NCBI GenBank assembly: GCA_054661495.1
Contig: BAAFSQ010000015.1
Span: forward strand, 48,087-80,086
Source of the DNA: Zygophlyctis sp. KS116
Taxonomy: Eukaryota > Fungi > Chytridiomycota
Reading direction: 5' to 3'
Length of the DNA: 32,000 nt
The notes under the pieces were generated by a model. It worked only from the letters and a program-made list of their open reading frames with translations. It was not told the DNA's origin and searched no databases. The position numbers were made by a program, and so were the translations under genes. Positions 22,218 through 30,505 of this stretch are shown here, piece by piece (positions within the stretch are counted from its first letter, which is position 1; every line of letters begins with the position of its first letter).

Positions 22218-22739
22218 ATGGATCCTTGGACCAAATCTTCTTGTATTCATGATCCGCCTGGATATATCAGTCCATATTTACAAGACTTTTTATTAACAGA
22301 TATCACTGGGCAACAGTTGTTGAATGTTGCCTATCTGCTAGAAGTGGAATACTTGTCTCCTGCAACTGCATTTCCTGGATCTTTTCCTGCGCAAGGAGCT
22401 ATTTTAGGATTGAATAATCGACTCATGATCAATCTTGTCTGTCGAAAGCGGGGAACTACGGACGCTATCAATGTCATCTTCCTGATAAATACAGGATCTC
22501 CAGTGTCTTATCTTTCGGAAAAGGCAATGAGAGCATTGTCAGGAAATAGAAATGATGGAAGCAAGGTAAATCAGATAATGGATGTCATAGTGCACTCTAA
22601 TTGTGTTACTATGTTCTATCTATCACCTCCTGATAAACACTTTGCTGATGTAAACGTGCTAGGAACAGATTTCTTATCTAAAAACAAACTCTCCATATCT
22701 ATTAATTATATGGAGAATTCATTTGAACTTATTAACTGA
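22218..22739 (+). CDS. Retropepsin-like single-domain aspartic protease homolog, catalytic D replaced by N
   Basis: VIFLINTGSPVSYLS (cf. F-L/V-D-T-G-S) and C-terminal NVLGTDFL (cf. I/V-L-G-x-D-F-L); intronless. Confidence 0.65.
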   Translation: MDPWTKSSCIHDPPGYISPYLQDFLLTDITGQQLLNVAYLLEVEYLSPATAFPGSFPAQGAILGLNNRLMINLVCRKRGTTDAINVIFLINTGSPVSYLSEKAMRALSGNRNDGSKVNQIMDVIVHSNCVTMFYLSPPDKHFADVNVLGTDFLSKNKLSISINYMENSFELIN

Positions 22740-22776
22740 TCAGATGATAATGGAAACGTAGATTTAATAAAATGTT

Positions 22777-23592
22777 TTACTTTTTGCGAATCTTCTTGTT
22801 TGGGATTGGATACTTTGGTCCAAAACAACTTCTGATTTGAGAAATAGATGACTCTATTTCTGCTTCAGTCAGATCATTACTTGACGCAGACGAAGAAATT
22901 GATTTAATACAGTTCATAATCCACAAGAACCAACGTAAAATTTCAGACAAAGAAGTACTTGATTGGTAGGTACCATCATGTCCAACTGCAAGATAATTAA
23001 TTTCAGATGCATATACAATTCCATCTGTATCAATCGCAAAAAAACGAAAAAGATTCCCATTAGTCAGAGCAGCAAATACTGGTGTGTTCTTTCCAGCAGC
23101 CTGTCGTGATCTTAACAAACAACCAGCTTCACAAATAACTTTAGCAACAGCTTGATCAGGCCATTCAGTTCTTGCTTGAATAATCAAAAATAGAGATTCC
23201 ATACTTTCAACAGAATTTATTCTGGAAAATCCAAACATATAGTCAGCATTTCCTATATGGTAGAAACCTGGTCCATCCCAATCATTCTTAACATCGCAGT
23301 ATCCAGAAAGTTTTTCATTGACTTGATTCAATAAAACTTGAGTAAGAATTGCATTAATCACAATTCTTACAGAGTTTTCATTGTTTAATACCCAAACTTT
23401 CTTAGAAATCTGATTATTTAACATTGTAACATTGTCGAAATCCAACGCTAGTCCATCGCTTCTCCCGCAATCGTAAAGAGTTGCAGTTGAAAAAGCAATC
23501 AATGGTTTCTTTTTACTCCTGAATTCTTCTACTTTTTTCCATTCTTCTTCAGTGAGTTGATTCAGAGGCTTGCTGTAAATGTGCTGCATCAT
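22777..23592 (-). CDS. Restriction-endonuclease-fold (PD-(D/E)xK-like) protein of Crinkler type, degenerate
   Basis: NENSVRIVINAIL, GNADYMFG, LIIQAR (cf. ExK), VAKVICE and VFAALTNGNLFRFF pattern; intronless. Confidence 0.6.
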   Translation of the reverse strand: MMQHIYSKPLNQLTEEEWKKVEEFRSKKKPLIAFSTATLYDCGRSDGLALDFDNVTMLNNQISKKVWVLNNENSVRIVINAILTQVLLNQVNEKLSGYCDVKNDWDGPGFYHIGNADYMFGFSRINSVESMESLFLIIQARTEWPDQAVAKVICEAGCLLRSRQAAGKNTPVFAALTNGNLFRFFAIDTDGIVYASEINYLAVGHDGTYQSSTSLSEILRWFLWIMNCIKSISSSASSNDLTEAEIESSISQIRSCFGPKYPIPNKKIRKK

Positions 23593-23638
23593 TGTCCAGA
23601 AGCGCCGATTATCCTAACCAAAGCTTCCTAGAAAGTCT

Positions 23639-25013
23639 ATGCAAAATCTACTCCGATCAAGACTGGTTCCATCTCTCTTGGGCATCGCTGCCGTAAAGAT
23701 ACACAATGATCAGACAGAGAATAAAGTATGGGGAGCTGCTTCTTTCAGAGCTGAAGATAAGAGCATTAAAAGTGTTTGTATTAAAGCCATTGATCTATAT
23801 AAAATGCATGGCGCCATTATTGACTCTAATGGTACACTGATTCAATTTAAATTGCCTGATGTGTCAATGGGTCCTACATGTTCTTCGGATGATCTGATTA
23901 AAAGTGAAAAGATTACAGAATATCCTACAATTGTGGGTTATAATCTGATTGATGTTGCATGCTCAAAGTATCGTGTCCACTCTTTAGACGCAAATGGTAG
24001 CATTTATAAAACTGACATTGGACAAACGGAAACTCCAAAGAGTGTTTTATCTTTATGGGGTTACACCATGGATATATGTAAAATTCCATGTGTTGGTTTA
24101 AGATGGGCTGAAAAAATAGTACAAATAGAAAGTGGTGACAGTTTTATGATTGCACGATCGAATAAGGGGTAAATCGACATTGATTAACTTGTAGAAGACT
24201 CTTTGGAATGGTGGGTGATAAATCTGAGGGGATAATATCTTGTGTTGGTGAAAGACTTGAGTGCAATGTTTTGAAACCTATTTCTGGAATTGAAAATACT
24301 GTTGTAACAGATGTGAAATGTGGAAAAGATCATGTATTAGCTCTTTCAGATCAAGGTCATGTATTTGTTTGGGGGGATAATAGTTATGGAGTAACTCTTT
24401 TTCATTAAGTTTTTAGCAATTGGGATTTTCAGACCTTAAGCCCGTAAAATCTCCCACAGAAATCTCTACTATATGGCATCCAGTAAACTCTGCTGCTAAA
24501 CCTGCTGGTAGTGCATGTTCTAAAATAGCAGCAGGTGAAGATTTTTCTTTTTTTGTGATTGATTCTGATGATTCTTCACAAGTACTATCATGTGGTTTTG
24601 GACAATATGGTCAATTAGGTCATGGAGGATTTAATCAGTATGTATCACATCCTGTTAGAGTACACGCAGTCTCAAATTTATCCGAATATGATGAAGTATC
24701 TGGTAAAGTTGTTCCAATCCGTATTGCAGGTTTATTTGCAGGAGGTTCCAATGCTGGAGTTATTCTAGATAATGTGGTAGGAGAGTCAAATAAAGAGTTG
24801 AGTATTGGCAGAGACGTATATCTCTGGGGTCATAATGCATACGGACAGTTGAACATTGGGAAAAAATCAAATTGTGCTACCCCTGTTGCTCCAGATATTT
24901 CTTATTCTCATGAACATTCTGCATGGGGAGCAAAAAATGAAAAATTAAGACTTCCTAAAAACTGGACATTGGCTTTAGGATATGGGATCACTTTTGTTTA
25001 TCCTAAATGTTGA
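23639..25013 (+). CDS. RCC1-repeat protein, probably mitochondrial (Fmp25-like)
   Basis: [41 protein letters not shown] and LWGHNAYGQLNIG; presequence-like start. Introns at 24169-24194 (26) and 24391-24416 (26). Confidence 0.85.
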
Positions 25014-25101
25014 AATAAGCAATTTTCCTGTTTTTAAGCATACAAAATCACTTGCAATTATAGGTTTTGACTTGTCTATAGGCTAGGTAATAGAAAAAAT
25101 C

Positions 25102-25881
25102 ATGTCAAATCTGATCAGTAAGTTTCCGTCCATTGCCCCATCAGTACTGCCCAACAGATCATCAGTCACACTTGCTGAATGTCTTGCTGCAGGTCTTCAT
25201 TTGGGCCATTCGCCAAAAGTCTGGAATCCCGCAATGAACCCATACTTGTATGGAATCAGACAAGGAATTCACATTATAAATCTAGATCATACTCTTTACG
25301 CTCTCAGGCGAGCAGCATTTTTTACAGAGCAAGTGGCTTTAAGAGGAGGGAAAATAGTATTTTTAGGATCCAGAAGATTTCTTCATCAGTTGGTAGTATC
25401 CGCTGCACTGAATGCAAAAGCGTATTTCTTAACAGCTTGGAAAGGGGGTCTACTAACTAATAAAGAGAGAATTCTTAAAAGATCTGTTGGATTTGATCCT
25501 GATAAAGTCTCTCAAGCACTCAATGAAGAAGATGGCCAAACTAAAAGGAAAAGAAGTGGCAAAAAGAAACGATATCCAAATGCTGAAAATACAAGGGAAG
25601 CTCCATTGGAAAACAGAAAAAATAATTTACAACCAACAGTTTACTCTCCTGATTTGGTGATTATTTTAGATTATCCAAATAACTTATGGGCTGTCAAAGA
25701 ATGTAACTATTATGGTATACCAGTGATTGCACTTTGTGATACCGACTCTAATCCAACTTTAATACAATATCCTATACCCGGAAATGATGATTCACCTGCA
25801 GGAGTAGAATTAATTGCTCAAGTTTTAGCAGAATCTAGTAGAAAAGGATTTTTAGAAAGAGAGTCTCTTACAAAAGAATAA
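25102..25881 (+). CDS. MRP4: Mitochondrial ribosomal protein uS2m
   Basis: LAAGLHLGHSPKVWNPAMNPYLYGIRQGIHIINLD, WKGGLLTN and IPVIALCDTDSNP..YPIPGNDDS. Confidence 0.95.
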   Translation: MSNLISKFPSIAPSVLPNRSSVTLAECLAAGLHLGHSPKVWNPAMNPYLYGIRQGIHIINLDHTLYALRRAAFFTEQVALRGGKIVFLGSRRFLHQLVVSAALNAKAYFLTAWKGGLLTNKERILKRSVGFDPDKVSQALNEEDGQTKRKRSGKKKRYPNAENTREAPLENRKNNLQPTVYSPDLVIILDYPNNLWAVKECNYYGIPVIALCDTDSNPTLIQYPIPGNDDSPAGVELIAQVLAESSRKGFLERESLTKE

Positions 25882-25925
25882 TCATAAGTGTTTTACCAGC
25901 ATTTTATCAAAATCTATTGAGTTTA

Positions 25926-26612
25926 TCATTTAAGATCCTCAAGAGATTTTAAGATGGCAGCCTTGTAAGCTGATGCTGTCTGAGATCCCTGTATTTGGTG
26001 ACCTCCGATACGGTTAACCGGTACCATCTTGATCCCAGAATCCTTCATATCTTGACTTTTCTTTATGACTTCATCAAGAAATTCATTGCTCTCCACAAAC
26101 TCTTTTACTTCCTGCAGAGTCATGATTCCTACTGCACAGCTTGCAAGAAATATGGGATCATTTATATCAGCATCTTTTTCATGATAGCCCTTGTAAATCA
26201 AATCAACAGTTTTAGTATGAGCCTTTTCGCCATGATTTTTCAAGATAAATTGGACAAGACGGTGAGCTCTAAGCGAACCTTGCATAAAGGATCTTTTATG
26301 AAAAGCTATACCAATCTTTTCTCCAATTGGGAATAATTGATCATAAGACTTATCATAGTGTAACGGATGCTTTCCAGGGAATGCCGTCTTTGGTTCGATC
26401 GGCTGAGTATCTTGCTCTGGGTCTCTCTGACGGAGAAGAAATGGTTGTAGACAAATCTTAAACTCTACCACAACACCTTGCATCTCGGCAATCCCTTTCA
26501 ATTCATCCAAAACCATTGGTATTGCTCTATTGATATTGTGTTTAGCAATGTAGCACCATGGACAGGTAAAATCGCCAATAATGGATATCTCCAGTTGAAT
26601 ATTGGATGGCAT
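25926..26612 (-). CDS. DsbA-family (FrnE-like) thioredoxin-fold oxidoreductase
   Basis: IIGDFTCPWCYIAK CxxC motif, PFLL, SLRAHRLV and GIKMVP..IQGSQ; intronless. ATG at 26612. Confidence 0.88.
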   Translation of the reverse strand: MPSNIQLEISIIGDFTCPWCYIAKHNINRAIPMVLDELKGIAEMQGVVVEFKICLQPFLLRQRDPEQDTQPIEPKTAFPGKHPLHYDKSYDQLFPIGEKIGIAFHKRSFMQGSLRAHRLVQFILKNHGEKAHTKTVDLIYKGYHEKDADINDPIFLASCAVGIMTLQEVKEFVESNEFLDEVIKKSQDMKDSGIKMVPVNRIGGHQIQGSQTASAYKAAILKSLEDLK

Positions 26613-26845
26613 ACTGATTAAAATGAATGCGTGACACAAACAATTAACTATATCGTAAACAAAATTGTTCTATTATTATGTGTTTAATGCTAAATCAGTA
26701 CACTTTGATAAAGTGTAGTTTAACTTATCAAACTACTGAAGCACGTTTAAAAGTGCCGCAAAGGAATTCACAACGCCGCTTTCGTAAAGTTTCATGATTA
26801 GCCGCCAATGTAATTTCTGTTGCCGCTTCAGATCTCTTAAAATTA

Positions 26846-28024
26846 ATGAAGTTGATATTCATTCCTACAATTTTTTTGCTATTTAATGCAGTCCATAGTT
26901 TGATAAACTATGAAACTACAACCGAGAATTCTCTAGACGGCAATCTCAATTTAGAAAAGAGGGGATTTTCATTCAGTGCAATCAAAAATACTATGAGGGG
27001 AACTGCCGATCAATTATTCTCTACTCAAATTAGAAAGCTTCCTACCAATTATCAATTGAATTTGTTGGGTTATCTTTCCATTACCTTTGAAGAAGCGTCT
27101 AAACTGGCAGCCAAAAAAGGTTTACCCAATGGCTGGGCTATAAGATTTCATGATGCATCCCTTGATGATTATTCAGTTGTTAAAAAATGGTTGGGAATGG
27201 ACAATTCTCTTGAAAAAGTTAAATTAAGATATCTAATGGGAAAAAATCCAACTATTGGCAAGAAGCTTATGGAATATCTGGAAAGAATGAAACGGCTATC
27301 TTACACAGATTCTTTAGCATTAGCCACGAAGAAAAAGATTAAAACGTTTTGGGCTGTTCAAGTTCATGATGCAACTAAAGATGGGCAAAAGCTTTTAAAA
27401 GATTGGCTTAAAATGGACAAAGCCACTCCAGATAACATAAAACTGAATATGATCAGAATGATGTTGGATAATCCAACCATTGACTTTAATATTCAGAGAA
27501 ATCTTCTTTTTGACAAAGCTGTAATGCTTGGGGATTTAAATGTACTCGAGGCTCTTGTCAATAAAGGGTTTCGGCCTACTCTAAACTCTTTTCATTCTGC
27601 AATTCAATATCAAAATTTAAAGATTTTAAAATTCTTTATAGAAGATTTAGGACAGGTTCCTATAAAACCCGATTTGGAATATGCACTTAAAACAAGAAAG
27701 CTAGACGTAGTAAATTATTTCCTTGAAAAAGGTATAATACCCCATACTTCAGGATTTTTAAATTTTGCAGCCAATTGGATTCCTCTGGATATGTTCAAAT
27801 TTTTAATTGAAAAAGCAAGATTGCAGCCTAATCAGTTTACAATAGACTCTGTTATAAGATCTAGAAATGATGAAAGACTTCAAATAACCAAATATCTTAT
27901 GGAACAACTACATATCTCTCCTTCTACAGAGACTCTGCGTTTTTTAAATCAATTCAAGTATTACCAACAGTATAGCCCAACCTTCAAATATCTGTCTGGA
28001 ATAAAAGAATTAAAATGGAATTAG
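26846..28024 (+). CDS. Secreted protein with two novel repeats and degenerate ankyrin-like repeats
   Basis: Signal peptide MKLIFIPTIFLLFNAVHS and Kex2-like LEKR; ankyrin-like units AVMLGDLNVLEALVNKG, AIQYQNLKILKFFIE and ALKTRKLDVVNYFLEKG. Confidence 0.75.
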   Translation: MKLIFIPTIFLLFNAVHSLINYETTTENSLDGNLNLEKRGFSFSAIKNTMRGTADQLFSTQIRKLPTNYQLNLLGYLSITFEEASKLAAKKGLPNGWAIRFHDASLDDYSVVKKWLGMDNSLEKVKLRYLMGKNPTIGKKLMEYLERMKRLSYTDSLALATKKKIKTFWAVQVHDATKDGQKLLKDWLKMDKATPDNIKLNMIRMMLDNPTIDFNIQRNLLFDKAVMLGDLNVLEALVNKGFRPTLNSFHSAIQYQNLKILKFFIEDLGQVPIKPDLEYALKTRKLDVVNYFLEKGIIPHTSGFLNFAANWIPLDMFKFLIEKARLQPNQFTIDSVIRSRNDERLQITKYLMEQLHISPSTETLRFLNQFKYYQQYSPTFKYLSGIKELKWN

Positions 28025-28113
28025 AAATATTTCATATATATCAATATAGAAGAGAAATATAATTTCTTAGAGATTTGCAATAGTACGTGAAATTCCATTC
28101 CTTTAATACTGTT

Positions 28114-28614
28114 TTAAGTGATTCTACAATCATTTTTATTAAGATATCTTGAACTATTCTTCTTTCCTTGACATTTATGATCTGGTTCTAATCTATGTTT
28201 TATACAAAACTTGTTTGAACACTTTTCACAAGTCACCCATATAATTTCCTTTTTATGACATCCCACAACTCCACATTTATAAGTATTCAATGAAGGCGAA
28301 GCTGTCCCTTTTTCCTTTGGACAATTCCTACTAACATGAGCCTCCACCGCAACATTAGGATCCTGATTCCTACTTACTGGTATAACTTGTAAACATAGCG
28401 GACAAGTAATTGCTTTTCTATCAATTGCATTATGATATTCCTGACATTGATGATCTGTATCAGTATTACTATTTGACGGTTTGTAATGCAACTGACAGAA
28501 AGTCTTGTTACATAATGAGCATTTGAGTGGTAAAAAATCCAACTGATTACAGTATTGTTTAGAGCAATGAGCGCCCACTTCTAAATCCTAATTTTAAAAT
28601 GTAAATGTTACCAT
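28114..28614 (-). CDS. ZFAND2: AN1-type zinc finger protein 2 (AIRAP/AIRAPL/Cuz1 family)
   Basis: ATG-only first exon and 24-nt intron 28588-28611 give MDLEVGAHC..CNQLDFLPLKC; CPLCLQVIP..DPNVAVEAH; second AN1 finger FCIKHRLEPDHKC; C-terminal CaaX-like CRIT. Confidence 0.9.
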
Positions 28615-28801
28615 TTGATGACGTTTTGTAGTTGTATTACGTCGTATTAAATCGTATTTCGATAAACGATACTGATAGCATTCATGACTCAAATTGCATT
28701 CGACTGTCAATCCAAATCTTAATAGACTAAGCCTGTAAAAGCCTTTGACGATTCCCACATTTGAGGCTTATCAGTCAGTAAATATAATGTTGTCTGGTGA
28801 A

Positions 28802-29757
28802 ATGGCTTATTCTAGTGTATTTTACATTTTCTAATTTCATAGCAAGACAATCCAAAAACTAAATTAGAAGAAATATTGGAAATTATTCTCTCTACTGTCA
28901 ATTTACAAGATTTGAAATCTGGAATTCTAAAATTACAAGAGAAATTCTATATTGATTTCAATTTTAAATTGGATGATAGATCTCAAAACTTGACTATTTT
29001 AGCTAGTTTAATCTCTAGTCTTTTGGATGATGAATTTAGTGATTGGTCCGAAGAAAACTCTAAAAAAATTCAAATATCTCATACTGAAATTCAAGGTGTA
29101 GACTTTTGTGTATGTCCTCAACAAGGCTGTGATGTAAAGTATAGTTGGAATTGTTTTAGACATTTGAAAAATCATACGATGAAAGATCACGGTTTTGATG
29201 TTTCTAAAGTAAGGAAGAGAAGACCTATAGATCAATTAAAAGAATCTACAAAAAGACAGTATAAATATTGTCCTCCTAGTTATTTTGATCAAAAGGAAAA
29301 ATTACAATTGTTAAAAGACACAAATTTGGAAACTCAAGATCAGGATTTTACTGTTAAAATATTTCCTATACTTATTGATGGTCAAGAGTATTATACTTGT
29401 CCAAAGGATGAATGTCATGTAAAATATTCTAATAATTCTTTTCGGCAATTAAAGAAACATGCACAAAAGGAGCATTCTTTAGATTTAGTAAAGGAAAGAA
29501 AAAGACGTCCAGTTGAATTATTAAAAGAATCTACAAAAAGACAGTATAAATATTGTCCTCCAAAACATTACGAGGATAGAGTAAAGGTAGAATTACAAAA
29601 TTCAGAATCCGAGTCTAGTTTTTATATTGGATTTCAGGATTGTCAAAAAGTGGAAAATGTGCATAATATGGAAAATATGAGGAAAATACATGATATGGAA
29701 AATAAGAATGGTCAAGTAACGAGGAATTATCTTCGAGTCGTGAATAATTTGATATAA
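28802..29757 (+). CDS. Protein with two tandem ~95-aa C2H2-like zinc finger plus basic modules
   Basis: CPxxxCxVKYSxNxFRxLKxHxxKxH..RKRRP..LKESTKRQYKYCPP occurs twice. Start at 28802 with intron 28817-28842 (26) is in frame with the ORF. Confidence 0.8.
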
Positions 29758-30048
29758 ATATATTTCATCTTTTCATAACAGATTCGTCTATTTCCTTCAT
29801 ACCACAATTCAAATGCTGCCGTTAATTTGCCCCTACCACCCATCGTTATTTCATTGTTCTCTTGGTTTACTTTACAGTTTTCGGACATTCTTATCAGATT
29901 TTGCCAGCATTTGAAGACAGATCCAAAAAGAAATGGTTGACCAAATACAGGTTGCTATGAAATTCTTAAATTTTTCTTTTCTAGACTTTCATAGTATGAG
30001 TGGATAGCTCTAAAACTTTATCATATCATAGAAAACGATATCTTTCGT

Positions 30049-30500
30049 TTATTTAAACTGACTTTCAGTTACTCCTTTTTCCATAGCAGCTGCAGACCAG
30101 TACTCTGCACCACTAACCATTTTTGATGAGCCAATGTTTCAACTCCATCAGTAATCAATGCATTGGAATGAAACTAAAATGATTAGTGCATGTAAAATTA
30201 CACCGCCAAGAGTAATAAACTGCCAAGTAAATCCTAGTTTTGCAAGTTTAGAAATATATGACTTGACTTTCTAAAAGTCATCATTTGTTGGCAAATGATT
30301 CTAAGACAGATCATACAATTACTCTGCCTCGAATAAATGAGGATATGTTCATCAGAAATTCCAGCGGCATCCCAATTAAAAGGTGTCAAGTTATAAGCAA
30401 GCATAATGTCAGGATGGACTGAATTCACTCCATCAGCAAACTCATCCGCTTGAGAGATTCTTGTTTAACCCTTGATACTCTTGCAATAGTAACCTCCTTT
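30049..30500 (-). pseudogene. ICL1: Isocitrate lyase C-terminal remnant
   Basis: Collinear fragments [78 protein letters not shown] and AAMEKGVTESQFK*, with an in-frame stop, frameshifts and deletions. Retains an intron at 30174-30201. Confidence 0.88.
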
Positions 30501-30505
30501 TAATA

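Noticed and set aside
653-25013. Many broken ORFs suggesting pseudogenes, frameshifting or stop-codon reassignment
   Set aside because: Each break is resolved by a GT-AG intron that restores conserved motifs, and all three stop codons are used as normal terminators.
29728-29992. Possible small spliced minus-strand ORF (MK|QPVFGQPFLF.., putative intron 29955-29986)
   Set aside because: Atypical GTC donor, no recognisable homology, and overlap with the neighbouring gene's end; it cannot be supported without RNA data.
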